Shown in pieces: positions 1-10,573 of a stretch of 64,000 nt of DNA. Under the pieces are notes generated by a model. It was not told the origin of the DNA, made no database searches, and saw nothing but the letters and a program-made list of their open reading frames with translations. Numbering within the stretch: the first letter of the stretch is position 1; each line of letters begins with the position of its first letter. Both the position numbers and the translations under genes were made by a program. The DNA is from Pseudobdellovibrionaceae bacterium (lineage in GTDB: Bacteria > Bdellovibrionota > Bdellovibrionia > Bdellovibrionales > UBA1609). Where the stretch lies: the NCBI GenBank assembly GCA_030591685.1, contig JAUVAX010000002.1:62001-126000 (forward strand), given 5' to 3'.

Positions 1-526
1 GGGGAGCCTAAAAGAGGACCTCCCCCTTGTGCATTACTCATTGAGGCACGCCTTTTCACAAATCCAAAGATCCTTTGAGGGCATCCATGCAAATTTAGAA
101 GTTCCAGTCATTGGTTGGATTTTCAAATACCCTATTCGTTGGTTAAGTCGTTTTAATCGCTTTGACTCGGCCATTAGCGATAGTTTAGGGACTGAGGTTG
201 TTAAAATATACACTCAAGATAGCGCTCAACGGGATCGTTTAACGAGTGGTATATATATACCCACGGAGACGAGTGAAGCTCTTGGGTTTCAGGAGCAAGC
301 GTTTAAAGCAACTATGGCCTCAAAGCCCATTGTTAAAAAAATAAAGAAAGCCATGAGGGCCAAGCAGCTTAAAAAGGGCAGTATAACAGACGCCCTTAAA
401 GACGCAGTGAGTCAATCAATTATTACAAGCGACGAGATGCAAGCCCTTAAAAGGGCCGAGGAGCTTTGTTTTGAGGCCATCCAGGTGGATTGTTTTACTG
501 AAGAGGAGTACGTCTCTCGCGTGTAG
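1..526 (+). CDS. fadE: Acyl-CoA dehydrogenase, C-terminal part (FadE-like, DUF1974 domain); 5' end lies outside the window
   Basis: RDRLTSGIYIP and terminal AIQVDCF motifs resemble the FadE C-terminal domain; the frame appears open to the window edge. Confidence 0.75.
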   Translation, partial: GSLKEDLPLVHYSLRHAFSQIQRSFEGIHANLEVPVIGWIFKYPIRWLSRFNRFDSAISDSLGTEVVKIYTQDSAQRDRLTSGIYIPTETSEALGFQEQAFKATMASKPIVKKIKKAMRAKQLKKGSITDALKDAVSQSIITSDEMQALKRAEELCFEAIQVDCFTEEEYVSRV

Positions 527-657
527 AGAGAAGCGCGTAATATAAGTAAACTTAAAAAGGTCACTTAGTTATAGATTTGACATATTTTTGTTGATCTTTA
601 GGCTCAAGTTCATTAAAACTCATTGGGTTAAATGAACAATAATATTGAGGCTATAAT

Positions 658-918
658 ATGAAAAAAGATATCCATCCAGATCTTAGAGAAGTCGTTTTTC
701 ACGATGTTTCCTGTGATTTTAAATACAAAACACTATCTACAGTTCGAACTAAACACGTTACCGACTGGGAAGATGGCAAAGAATACCCCTTAGTAAAGGT
801 TGATATTTCAAGTGCTTCACATCCCTTTTATACGGGTCAACAACGAATTATAGACACAGAAGGCCGAGCCGAGAAATTTAAGAAAAAATTTGGTTCGCGC
901 ATGTCTAAAAGAAACTAA
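658..918 (+). CDS. rpmE2: 50S ribosomal protein L31 type B
   Basis: MKKDIHP...[13 protein letters not shown]; no CxxC zinc motifs; GAGG RBS upstream. Confidence 0.95.
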   Translation: MKKDIHPDLREVVFHDVSCDFKYKTLSTVRTKHVTDWEDGKEYPLVKVDISSASHPFYTGQQRIIDTEGRAEKFKKKFGSRMSKRN

Positions 919-943
919 CAGTACTTTTAAAATTCAAAGATTT

Positions 944-972
944 AAGCCAGGCTTTTTGCTTGGCTTTTTTTT
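944..972 (+). terminator. Rho-independent terminator after rpmE2
   Basis: AAGCCAGGC-TTTTT-GCTTGGCTT stem (one G-U pair) followed by a T run. Confidence 0.8.
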
Positions 973-1110
973 GTCCGAAAACCTCAAACATTATTCGTTT
1001 TTCGAACCTCTATACAGTAGAGTTCGCTAAAAAGTGCCCTCTTGGGCTTGGCCTGAATATTTCATAGAGCTAAAGGTTAAGTTGAATAATAAAAAATGAG
1101 TGAGGCACTT

Positions 1111-1989
1111 ATGGCAAAAAAATCATTACTTATCGCAACACTTCCATGGCTTGGGGTTTCACTAAGCGGTGAGGAGTATATTTACTTAACTCATTTGTCT
1201 GAAAACTGTTCGCTAGAAAACTTACCTCGTCTGATAAAAGCAGAGGGTTTAAAACAAAAGTTAAGAGATGAAAAAAAATGGTGGGTACAGGCTCAAGGGT
1301 TCATCGACGGCATAGAAAAGTTAGGAGTCTCTTATACCTTGTTTAACGACCCCGACTACCCAAAGGGCTTTAAGCTGCTAGAGAACCCGCCTTTGATTTT
1401 AACCTATTTGGGGCTGCCCTGCTGGAAGTCATTACAGCTTTTGGCCGTAGTGGGGTCTCGTCAACCTCAAGCGCAAACGATGATTTGGTTAGATGAGGAT
1501 TTAGGACACTTTTTAACCACCTATGATATAGCTACAATTAGTGGGGGCGCTCGGGGGGTAGACCAAAAAGTACACCAAGTGAGTATAAGGGCCTCTTGCC
1601 CCACGATTTGTTTTTTGCCCTCAGGGCTTGGTGATATGTATCCAAAGTCACTCATCAACTGGCATCACCATATCATTGAGCAAGGGGGGGCAGTGGTGTC
1701 GCAGTTTTCCCCGTTTCAGCCGATGTATAAATCTCAGTTTCACGCTCGCAATCGTTTAATCGCGGGACTTTCAGATTATATGCTGATCGCAGAGGCAAAA
1801 CGAAAAAGTGGTAGTTTAATGACGGCAAGAATTGCCTTAGACCTGGGGCGACCCATTGGGGTTCTCCCTTGCTCGCCTGTTGGTGATACAGGGCAAGGGG
1901 GGCTTGACCTTATATATGATGGGGCTCAAATGATACGGGACTACAAAGACTTATACTTATCTATGGGTCGAGAGGGATACTGTTACTGA
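1111..1989 (+). CDS. dprA: DNA-processing protein DprA (short form, no obvious C-terminal winged helix); start could be 1096
   Basis: LAVVGSR, ISGGARGVD, FHARNRLIAGLS, EAKRKSGSLMTA motifs. Confidence 0.92.
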   Translation: MAKKSLLIATLPWLGVSLSGEEYIYLTHLSENCSLENLPRLIKAEGLKQKLRDEKKWWVQAQGFIDGIEKLGVSYTLFNDPDYPKGFKLLENPPLILTYLGLPCWKSLQLLAVVGSRQPQAQTMIWLDEDLGHFLTTYDIATISGGARGVDQKVHQVSIRASCPTICFLPSGLGDMYPKSLINWHHHIIEQGGAVVSQFSPFQPMYKSQFHARNRLIAGLSDYMLIAEAKRKSGSLMTARIALDLGRPIGVLPCSPVGDTGQGGLDLIYDGAQMIRDYKDLYLSMGREGYCY

Positions 1990-3095
1990 GTAAAAATTTT
2001 ATACCGAGTTGAGGCTAAGGCTAGAAATATAATATTTGGCACCCATACCCCAATAATCGGGGGGATTGTCCCTTTTTTAGAGAGCCCCTCAAAGGTAACA
2101 TAGAGTATCCAGTAGGCCACGATGAGTGTGATTGAGAGGACTACTCCGTTTGATTTCCCCTGCCGGCTATTTGTTCGAATGCCAAAAGCTATCCCCACAA
2201 GAGAAAAAGAGAAACATGCAAAGGCCAGGGCCCACCGGCGGTAGAGTTCGGTTTCAAACCTCAGCGTTTGCTTTTTAGTTTTAAGTGACCCCCCCATAAG
2301 GAGTCGTTTAATGTCTTTTGATGAATGAGAAAGGGGGGACTTGCGGGCCTCTCTAATGGGGGCGTTGTCGAATAAATTTATATCATACGAATTAAAGTCT
2401 ATTTTAGTGTGTGAACTAAGGTCTGTTTTATGAATGTTGCCATTAGTAAGAAGTAGCTGGCTTTTTAATTTAGATTTTGAGTTATCAGAAAATATTTGCC
2501 CCGTTTTAGCAATAACTGTAATAGGGGATTTAGGGTTTCTCTCATCAAAGATAAATACTTTACGTAACTCACCCGATTCAGTGTCAACGTCATTGGCATA
2601 AATAACCATGTCGTAAAAGCCTTCTGAAAATACGCCGGCTTTAATATTCACACTGGCTTTTATATTTTTTAAATTATGTATAAGGACCTCAAAGGCTCTA
2701 TTTCCCCAGGGGGCGAGTTCAAAGGAAACCTGAATAGAGGCAAGGGTCGTTAAGAGCGCAAGTATAAGAGCCGGAAGGCTTAAGTGTATAGTGTTGAGGC
2801 CCAGCGACTTAAAGGCTACAATTTCAGAGTCTGAGCTAAACCGACCATAGGTTAGAAGTATTGCAAACAGTAAACTCATTGGGAAGAGTATGGGTAAAAA
2901 ACTAATAGTCATAAAAGACATCATTGAGAAAACGGCTACGGGGTCTACCCCATGTACTAGGACAAATTCTGTGAGTCGTAAAATTTGAAACATAAGTAAA
3001 ACAAAAATAAAAACGACAAGGCCTATTAAAAAACTAGGGAGCATTTCAAAAAATAAATATTTTAATGCAAGCTTTGCTCTCCAAACGTCAAACAA
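1983..3095 (-). CDS. lptF: LPS export ABC permease LptF (YjgP/Q family)
   Basis: GRFSSDSEIVAFKSLG motif; 3 TM + periplasmic beta-jellyroll + 3 TM layout; downstream of kdsA. Confidence 0.85.
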   Translation of the reverse strand: MFDVWRAKLALKYLFFEMLPSFLIGLVVFIFVLLMFQILRLTEFVLVHGVDPVAVFSMMSFMTISFLPILFPMSLLFAILLTYGRFSSDSEIVAFKSLGLNTIHLSLPALILALLTTLASIQVSFELAPWGNRAFEVLIHNLKNIKASVNIKAGVFSEGFYDMVIYANDVDTESGELRKVFIFDERNPKSPITVIAKTGQIFSDNSKSKLKSQLLLTNGNIHKTDLSSHTKIDFNSYDINLFDNAPIREARKSPLSHSSKDIKRLLMGGSLKTKKQTLRFETELYRRWALAFACFSFSLVGIAFGIRTNSRQGKSNGVVLSITLIVAYWILYVTFEGLSKKGTIPPIIGVWVPNIIFLALASTRYKIFTQ

Positions 3096-3121
3096 GTTTT
3101 ATCCTAGTGCATTGGGTGGGG

Positions 3122-4018
3122 TTATAAAGTAAAGGTTCCCACGTTTTCAGGCTTTCCGATGGCTTTTCTTACATTTTGGGCCATTTTTATCATGTTTTCA
3201 TAATATTTAAGGTCTAGCTGGCTGGCGGCATCGCATTTAGCAGACATGGGGTCAGGGTGAGTCTCTATAAACAGGGCATCAGCACCCGCAGCCACAGCGG
3301 CCATAGTTAGGTGGGGAACAAATCGAGGTTCTCCTCCGGCAGGGTCCGCACTTGAGATCCCGTACAGTCTAATGACATGAGTGGCATCAAAACACGCAGG
3401 AACCCCAAGCTCTTGCATGATTGGTATGGCTCTCATATCGGCGATAAGCCGATTATAACCAAAGCATGTTCCTCTGTCGGTGAGTAAGATATTTTTATTT
3501 CCTGTAGATCTAATTTTACTAATAACTCCAGAGAGTGTTTCTGGGGCTAAAAACTGCCCTTTTTTAACATTTATAGCCTTGCCTGTTTCGCCACAGGCAA
3601 TGGCCATGGAGGTTTGTTGGCACATATAAGCGGGGATTTGTAAAACATCAACATACTCGGCAACAGTGGGGACGTCCTCAACCCTATGTACATCGGTTAA
3701 TATGGGGATGCCAAATTCTTTACGAACTCCAGCGAGGATTTTTAGGCCTTCATCGGCTAAAGGGCCTTTCCAGTTTTTTTCAGACCCTCGGTTGTCTTTT
3801 TCATAAGAGCTTTTAAAAATAAGACCTATTCCGAGCCTCTGAGTAATGTCGACAAGTTGTCGAGCCGTGTTCATAATAAGCTCTTTGCTATCAATGACAC
3901 AGGGGCCAGAAATAATGGCAAGGTCCTTGCCCGAGCCCACTTCAATTTTGGTGTTTCCGGACTCTACAGTGAAACTGCGGGAGGGGAGCTCTATTGTTTC
4001 AATTCGTTTGTTTTCCAT
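3122..4018 (-). CDS. kdsA: 3-deoxy-8-phosphooctulonate (KDO8P) synthase
   Basis: GPCVI, FKSSYEKDNR, NVKKGQFLAP, FDATH, LFIETHPDP motifs. Confidence 0.93.
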   Translation of the reverse strand: MENKRIETIELPSRSFTVESGNTKIEVGSGKDLAIISGPCVIDSKELIMNTARQLVDITQRLGIGLIFKSSYEKDNRGSEKNWKGPLADEGLKILAGVRKEFGIPILTDVHRVEDVPTVAEYVDVLQIPAYMCQQTSMAIACGETGKAINVKKGQFLAPETLSGVISKIRSTGNKNILLTDRGTCFGYNRLIADMRAIPIMQELGVPACFDATHVIRLYGISSADPAGGEPRFVPHLTMAAVAAGADALFIETHPDPMSAKCDAASQLDLKYYENMIKMAQNVRKAIGKPENVGTFTL

Positions 4019-4198
4019 ATATATTCTCCGAGTATTTAGCCACCTTAGTTTGATTCCTGTATAAAATCAATGAGCCAAACGGGAGTATTTTAATGTTATT
4101 AACGCTGCGCGCTTAGAGGGAACATTCAGGGTCCTAAAAATATAGAAAACTAAGAAGTTGAATTGACCTAAAAACTATCAGCTATAATAATATCATTC

Positions 4199-4900
4199 AT
4201 GAGAAGCTTAATAATAACAGACAACTTTGATGAACTGAAATACATAAAAGCCCTTTTTTCTAAACTAGGGTTGCCTCTAGAGGCGGCAACGACCTTGCAG
4301 CTCGTGCCAAACATACTTTCAAATTTTAAGCCAAATATTATAATAGTTTCAGGCCAGAGCAAAAAAATAAATGGCATAGAGACTGTTGAAAATTTAGACA
4401 GTAAAAATAAAGGTTATAAATTTATTTACTTAAAAAGTTTAACAGCTAAAATTGATGACCGATTTCAAATTGTAGATGTTCTTTTGGATTCACCGGTGAG
4501 CCCTAAAGGGCTGATTAAAGCACTTGTTAAAGTGTCTGATTATGATGTGAAAACTCTCGAACAAAAGCTCAGCACTTCAGAGAACTCCTCAGAGCCCAGG
4601 GAGAGCGACCGCTACCCATCAGTACTCAGTGAAGAGCCAACGGAGTACTCTAAGCAGTTTGTAGAGGGTCGATCTATGGATTATAATTTTTTAAAGAGCA
4701 ACAAAGACGAAAGAAAATTACGATATGATGAAATTTTAAAAAACTTAAAGCCCATTAACAAATCATCCCATTTTGAGGTTGATAAAATTAAAAAATCTAT
4801 AAAAGAAAATCAGTCTGAAGAGGTCTCAGAAGAAGAACACTCAATAAATGAGCAAAAAAAATTATTCGTTGATTCGTTATTTTCAAAAAAAGACAAGTAA
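4199..4900 (+). CDS. Pseudo-receiver (CheY-like) domain protein with a charged C-terminal region
   Basis: N-terminal REC-like pattern (LIITDN...PNIIIVS...ING), with Ser at the phosphoacceptor Asp position. Confidence 0.55.
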   Translation: MRSLIITDNFDELKYIKALFSKLGLPLEAATTLQLVPNILSNFKPNIIIVSGQSKKINGIETVENLDSKNKGYKFIYLKSLTAKIDDRFQIVDVLLDSPVSPKGLIKALVKVSDYDVKTLEQKLSTSENSSEPRESDRYPSVLSEEPTEYSKQFVEGRSMDYNFLKSNKDERKLRYDEILKNLKPINKSSHFEVDKIKKSIKENQSEEVSEEEHSINEQKKLFVDSLFSKKDK

Positions 4901-4901
4901 T

Positions 4902-6845
4902 TCACTTAATTTTTTTAAATATTTTTGTAACGGCATCAAGAGCCGTTAGGTCAAACAATAGAGTTTTCACCCCAATGCCGTCTTTCACCTTTGTATGAAA
5001 TCGTGAGCGTTCTCTTTTTGCTGGTATGTGTTTGGGGTCTAAAGAGATAGCTTGTGTAAAACACTTATAGGCTCTATCCCTATCACGAGACATTAACAGC
5101 AATAATCCCTTAGAGTAAAAGTAATTAGCACTATGGCGATCCTCTGTTGGTACTTCATTTAACAACCCTAAGCACTGAGTATGTAGCTTTTCTTTGCTTT
5201 CTTTAGTGTAACCTTTTTTTATTACGGCCCAGACATAGTAAATATTTATATCTGAACTCTTCTCTTTGGATTCAAAGATTTCCTTGAAAATCTTGTAGGA
5301 CTCCTTGTATCTACGGTTAAGCAGGGCCTTCTTGCCAGAGATAAAAAGGTCTTCGTTATGTATAATTAATTCGGATTGATTAACCTCTAGTTCGTGCAGG
5401 TATTTGCCACGGTTTTCGTCACTTTTAAGAGTCTGGTAGGCCTCAGTCATAAGTGTAAATATTTTTTCGTTAAGTTTAATAAGTTTAGAGGAGGCGTCGC
5501 CTGGAAGTTTATCAGGGTGTAGTATTTTTGCGAGTTCGTGGTAGGATCTTGAGACCTCTTTTGATGGAGTATTAGCATTAACGCCTAAGATCTCAAAATA
5601 GTTTTGAACTAGCATTTGTTTGTAAATAGTTTTATACCGTTTAAATTTATTGCGGTCTTTTGTATTGTCTACTTTTTCTTTTGAAAACTGAAAAACTCTT
5701 AAATTGAGTAAAAAGTAAAGGGCTCGGTGTAGTTCTTTTTCGTACTTGCTGTTTGCGTCCATGAGCTTTTGCAGAGCGGCACTAGAGTCGACGACTTTTA
5801 TGATTTTAGAAAACTTTTTTAAAACAGACTGATGTTCTAGATTTAAGAACTCACTGAAGTGAACCCCTTTTGAAAAACTTTTTTCAAAAAAGGGAGTAAA
5901 AAAAGTTTTCAACCAGGCCGGGGGTATTTTAGAAGAAATAATATCATTTAAGTAAGGTATAAACTGTTCTTTTGTGAGGTAAAACTCTTCAGGGGGAGTG
6001 TCTTCATCAGTGAAATTAATCTCGATAGAAGTGTTTGTTGTGCTTTTACTGAGTCTAATGGCCATTTGTTGTTTTTTTATGAGGCCAATGACGTGTGGAC
6101 TAATGGCATTGATGTCGACGAGGCGCTCACCTAATCTTTTATGAGAGTTATTTTTTAGTATTTGATCAATCTCCTCTCGGCCAGAGAAGCCCATTTCGAT
6201 AAGTAGTGACCCAAAGTATGAATGCTCATCTTTAAGGTTTATGTGAGTCATGTTCCCCTTATGAAAGACAACAGTAAATATTTCACCTTGCCCCATCATA
6301 ACATTTAAAGTTCCGGAGAGAGTTGAGTTTAAAATTAACGAATAAATCCAAGGTAAATCAAAACCGTGTGTAATTTTTGTGTCATTCAATATATTTACGA
6401 GTTCCTTGTTGCTTGGAGGGGGCTTGCTGAATAATTCATAAAGTAGAGAGGTATTATATGATTGGTAGGGTTTTAGGTTATCTTTAATAAGGTTGACGAT
6501 TTTTTGTAAATTTGCGGGTTTTTTAAAAAAACCCAAAGAGGGAACTTTTTGGAGAGCTTTTCTAACGAGCTGCTTATCTTTAAAAACCCCACTCATAAAT
6601 ACAAACACAGCCTCTCCGGCGCACTGAGCGTTTATTTTTTCAGCTAAATCAATACCGTTCATTGTTGGCAACAAGAGGTCTATAATAATAACTTGGAACT
6701 CACTAAATTTGATTTTTTCAAGGGCCTCATTGGGGTGATGAACAAGGGTTGGCTTCATATCAGCTCTTAGCAAAGTCTCGAAAAGTGCCTTACCTTGAGT
6801 TTTGTTATCTTCTACAATGAGAACACTAATATCTTCGCTGCTCAT
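4902..6845 (-). CDS. Response regulator receiver + DUF4388-like + DnaJ J-domain + TPR protein
   Basis: VLIVEDN...IIIDLLLPTMNG...KKP receiver; NYFEILGV...LHPDK J-domain; C-terminal TPR-like helices. Confidence 0.8.
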   Translation of the reverse strand: MSSEDISVLIVEDNKTQGKALFETLLRADMKPTLVHHPNEALEKIKFSEFQVIIIDLLLPTMNGIDLAEKINAQCAGEAVFVFMSGVFKDKQLVRKALQKVPSLGFFKKPANLQKIVNLIKDNLKPYQSYNTSLLYELFSKPPPSNKELVNILNDTKITHGFDLPWIYSLILNSTLSGTLNVMMGQGEIFTVVFHKGNMTHINLKDEHSYFGSLLIEMGFSGREEIDQILKNNSHKRLGERLVDINAISPHVIGLIKKQQMAIRLSKSTTNTSIEINFTDEDTPPEEFYLTKEQFIPYLNDIISSKIPPAWLKTFFTPFFEKSFSKGVHFSEFLNLEHQSVLKKFSKIIKVVDSSAALQKLMDANSKYEKELHRALYFLLNLRVFQFSKEKVDNTKDRNKFKRYKTIYKQMLVQNYFEILGVNANTPSKEVSRSYHELAKILHPDKLPGDASSKLIKLNEKIFTLMTEAYQTLKSDENRGKYLHELEVNQSELIIHNEDLFISGKKALLNRRYKESYKIFKEIFESKEKSSDINIYYVWAVIKKGYTKESKEKLHTQCLGLLNEVPTEDRHSANYFYSKGLLLLMSRDRDRAYKCFTQAISLDPKHIPAKRERSRFHTKVKDGIGVKTLLFDLTALDAVTKIFKKIK

Positions 6846-6852
6846 GCTGGAC

Positions 6853-6880
6853 TTTTCGGCAAAATAAAGCCCTAACTTTA
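6853..6880 (-). promoter_or_regulatory. Putative sigma28 (FliA) promoter of the REC-DnaJ gene
   Basis: TAAA-N16-GCCGAAAA ending 7 nt before the ATG. Confidence 0.55.
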
Positions 6881-6999
6881 AGTATATTCAGATATTTACA
6901 AGCTCACTCGGGGCAGTTGCATTCAAACTATAAATTGTGTATGAATATTATATTCGACAACAACGAAAAGTAACATAATATTTATTTTAGGAGAGTTTT

Positions 7000-7320
7000 A
7001 TGGCAACAAAAAGTATTTCAGACGGTTCCTTTCAGCAGGATGTATTGCAATCATCGGGCCTGACCTTAGTCGACTTTTGGGCTGAATGGTGTGGCCCATG
7101 CAGAGCTTTAGGCCCAAAATTAGAAGAAATCTCAACGGAACTCAGTGAGCAGGTTTCTATCTCGAAAATAAATATTGATGAAAACCCTGAAACTCCGGCT
7201 AAGTACCAAGTGCGCGGGATTCCAACAATGATTTTATTTAAAGATGGTGAAATGGTAGACACCCTAGTAGGTAACCAAACTAAAGACGCTATTATTCAAA
7301 CCATCAACAAATACCTTTAA
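7000..7320 (+). CDS. trxA: Thioredoxin
   Basis: VDFWAEWCGPC active site, cis-Pro GIPT. Confidence 0.97.
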   Translation: MATKSISDGSFQQDVLQSSGLTLVDFWAEWCGPCRALGPKLEEISTELSEQVSISKINIDENPETPAKYQVRGIPTMILFKDGEMVDTLVGNQTKDAIIQTINKYL

Positions 7321-7467
7321 ATAAACAGCCTCGAAGAATTTATATTTTTTTGTAAAAGCGAAAAATTGACCTAAGAGTTTTATAAAGGGCTCATGAGCCC
7401 AAACAGGCTTAGGCCTTAATGGTAAGGTTGTTTGATATAAAACGAAGTGGTCGACTGTGGCGAGTGT

Positions 7468-8601
7468 TTAAAATAAATACTTTCTATATGCGACAGATGA
7501 TATCAGTCCAAGCCCCGCCATGGTAGACAACAAGCTTGAGCCTCCGTAGGACAATAGGGGTAGGGGCACTCCAACAATGGGCAGTAACCCAATAACCATG
7601 CCTATGTTAACGGTCACGTGCCAAAAAAGATAAGAAAGAACACCGACTGTAATAAGCGCTCCAAATTTATCACGAGCCTGTCGCGCAATGCGAATCCCCA
7701 TAATATAAAGAATTAAAAACAGTATAAAAGTGGTGAGACTCCCGATAAAACCATGCTCCTCACTTAAGACTGAATAAATAAAATCAGTGTGCCTTTCTGG
7801 TAAAAATTCAAGTTGAGACTGAGTCCCTTTTCGAAAGCCCTTGCCAAGAAAGCGGCCACTTCCTACAGCAATTTTTGACTGAATGCTATTGTAGCCAGTC
7901 CCCCTTGGGTCTCTGCCGGGGTCAATAAATGTGAGGATTCTATTTTTTTGATATTTTTTAATGCCATAGTTCCAGACCACAGGAAGGGCAATCATAGTAA
8001 CAAGTGCCGCTGTCACCAGAAGTGATTTTTTGACTTTAACAAACAAGAGCATACTTAGTGAAATGATACCAATTAAAATAGCCGTTCCTAAATCGGGTTG
8101 TTTAACAGTAAGAATAAAAGGAATAAGGGTAATAACCCCAGGGACGAAGAGATCTTTAAAGCCTAGCCCCCCATATTTTACCCTTTTTGCTAGGTAACCA
8201 GCTAACACTAAAACGATGGCTAATTTTATGGTTTCTGAAGGCTGGTATCTAAAAAAACCTAAATCTAACCATCTTTGTGCCCCGTAATATTTTTTGCCCA
8301 CAAAGGGAACAAATAACATAGCGATCACATTTAAAAAATAAATGGGGTACGCAAGTCGAATAAAAAGCTTGTAGTCTATAAGTGTAACAACAAAATAAAT
8401 GGTCCACCCCACGCTGAGCCACATAATTTGTTGAGTAAAAAGGCGGATTAAGTGGTCAGAGGTGGTCACTCCATGGGTCGCACTATAAAGGTTAATAAGT
8501 CCAATAAGGTTTAAAACAAAAATGACCAAAGCAAAATTAACATCAAACCTTTTAAAAAAAGTTTTCTCTTGGACCTGCATGCCTGTGCTCGAAATTTTCA
8601 T
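7468..8601 (-). CDS. rodA: Rod shape-determining SEDS protein RodA
   Basis: GAQRWL, QPDLGT, FLPERHTDF, GVPLPLLSYGGSS; follows mrdA. Confidence 0.95.
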   Translation of the reverse strand: MKISSTGMQVQEKTFFKRFDVNFALVIFVLNLIGLINLYSATHGVTTSDHLIRLFTQQIMWLSVGWTIYFVVTLIDYKLFIRLAYPIYFLNVIAMLFVPFVGKKYYGAQRWLDLGFFRYQPSETIKLAIVLVLAGYLAKRVKYGGLGFKDLFVPGVITLIPFILTVKQPDLGTAILIGIISLSMLLFVKVKKSLLVTAALVTMIALPVVWNYGIKKYQKNRILTFIDPGRDPRGTGYNSIQSKIAVGSGRFLGKGFRKGTQSQLEFLPERHTDFIYSVLSEEHGFIGSLTTFILFLILYIMGIRIARQARDKFGALITVGVLSYLFWHVTVNIGMVIGLLPIVGVPLPLLSYGGSSLLSTMAGLGLISSVAYRKYLF

Positions 8602-8608
8602 GACTCCC

Positions 8609-10573
8609 TCACTGTGTGGTCACTTTTTTAATAGTTTTTTTTGCTTTCTTTTTAAGTAGTTCTGGGTGGTATTTTTTAAAATAAGCCTTCATGACATCTC
8701 GAACGACTGGTGCCCCTCCAGAGGACCCATGACAAGCATGTTCGGCAAACACGATAACGGTGATTTTGGGTTTATCAACGGGCGCAAAGGCTCCAAACCA
8801 GCCATGATGTCGTTTTTTAAAGGGCCTTTCAGAGCATTTACCATAAATTTCCTTTGCGGTGTACGCTTGAACCTGTACGGTGCCGGTCTTTCCGGCCATT
8901 TCTAACTTGCCAGGTAACTTATACCATCGTGCCGTGCCGTGATCGCCATTAGAGACCCTGCGCATGCCTTCTTTTACAATTTTAAAGTTCTTTTTTGAGA
9001 TAAAAATGTCATTACTCGGTTCAGAGGCATCTCTGACTAAAGAGGGTTTGAACTCTTTTATGACTTCACTATCTTGATTAATAATTTTTTTTACAAGAAA
9101 GGGCTTATACACCAGGCCCTCTTGACCAATGGCACTGTAGGCAACGGCCATTTGTAAAGGGGTGGTGAGTATGAACCCCTGCCCAATAGCACTTGAGAGG
9201 TTTTCACCGGGCTGCCACACCTCTCCGTATCGTTGCATCTTCCATTCTTTTGTGGGCATAAGGCCTGTTCGTTCATCGGCAAGGTTAATATTTGTTCGGC
9301 TACCGATACCTAGTAACTTACTGTATTTAGAAATATTATCAATGCCGAGTTCTTTACCCATTTTATAAAAAAACACATTACTTGATCTCTCAAGGGCCTC
9401 TAAAACATTTATTTTTCCGTAACCGTAACGAGTGTGGTCATGATAAGGCCGACCTTTATATTTAAAAACACCAGGGGAATGAATAAGCGTACTTGGTGAA
9501 ATGATTTTTTCTTGAAGTGCTGCAAGAGCGACAAAGGGTTTAAATGTAGACCCTGGCGAGGCGTGATCTTGTATGACTTTGTTTCTTAAAGGCTTGTTAG
9601 GGTCGTTTTTGATCTGGTTGTAGAGCTGTGTAGAAATACCTGTACTAAAAACATTGGGGTCATACGAAGGGGTGCTCACCCAAGCTAAAATTTCACCATT
9701 AGGTTTCATTGCGATAAGAGCGCCGATTCGCGGGCCAATTTTATCGTCACGATTCATGGCTAAAAAGGCGGCCTCGTGGATATCTTTGTCGATGGTTAAG
9801 ACTAAGTGGTTTCCGGTGCGAGCTTGTTTTTGTTTAAGCCCTAAAAAGCTGGCCGAAGAGGGGTCCTGCCCTCGGCCCCGCCCTCGAGCATCCACCTCGT
9901 TGAGTTTGATGCCATTGTACCCACGAATGGTGGTTTCCCAAACATCCTCAATGCCACTTTTACCAATAATATCACCTTGTTCAAACTGAAAGTCAGGAAA
10001 CTTTTTTTTGTAAGAGACGAGCTGTTTTTTAGAGATTTCACCCACATACCCAAATAATTGAGCCGCTGAGTGCTTCATCGAATAGGACCTCACATTTGTA
10101 GGCCTAATACTTAGTCCTGGATGGTGCAGGGTGAGCAGCTTTACTCTAGAAACATCACTGATTGATAAGTTCTTTTTAATGGTAACCGGCCTAAAGAGGC
10201 CGGTTTGGCGCTTGCTTTTTTTAACAAGCTGTAAGATTTCATGTTTTTTTATATTTAAAACCTTACTCAGTGCGAGAGCCATGCTTTCTAACTGAGTCGC
10301 GTATTGGGGGGTAATAGTAGCCTCAAAACCAGGGAGGTTTTCTACAAGAACTTGTTCATTTCGGTCTAAAATAAGGCCTCGTGGGGCTACTATTTTGGTT
10401 TCTTTAACACGGTTTCTGTCGGAGTAGGCTTTTAACTCATCACCTTTTATTATTTGCAAAAACCAAAGACGCCCAAACACTATTAGGGCTGTAATGGTTA
10501 CGGATATGTATAAGAGCTTATATCGGGATTCAAAGTCTTTCGCATTTTGCTCAGGGTTGGTGAGGGTTTTCAT
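8609..10573 (-). CDS. mrdA: Penicillin-binding protein 2
   Basis: PGSTFK (SxxK), SSN, GKTGT motifs; APRGLILDRN dimerization domain. Confidence 0.95.
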   Translation of the reverse strand: MKTLTNPEQNAKDFESRYKLLYISVTITALIVFGRLWFLQIIKGDELKAYSDRNRVKETKIVAPRGLILDRNEQVLVENLPGFEATITPQYATQLESMALALSKVLNIKKHEILQLVKKSKRQTGLFRPVTIKKNLSISDVSRVKLLTLHHPGLSIRPTNVRSYSMKHSAAQLFGYVGEISKKQLVSYKKKFPDFQFEQGDIIGKSGIEDVWETTIRGYNGIKLNEVDARGRGRGQDPSSASFLGLKQKQARTGNHLVLTIDKDIHEAAFLAMNRDDKIGPRIGALIAMKPNGEILAWVSTPSYDPNVFSTGISTQLYNQIKNDPNKPLRNKVIQDHASPGSTFKPFVALAALQEKIISPSTLIHSPGVFKYKGRPYHDHTRYGYGKINVLEALERSSNVFFYKMGKELGIDNISKYSKLLGIGSRTNINLADERTGLMPTKEWKMQRYGEVWQPGENLSSAIGQGFILTTPLQMAVAYSAIGQEGLVYKPFLVKKIINQDSEVIKEFKPSLVRDASEPSNDIFISKKNFKIVKEGMRRVSNGDHGTARWYKLPGKLEMAGKTGTVQVQAYTAKEIYGKCSERPFKKRHHGWFGAFAPVDKPKITVIVFAEHACHGSSGGAPVVRDVMKAYFKKYHPELLKKKAKKTIKKVTTQ

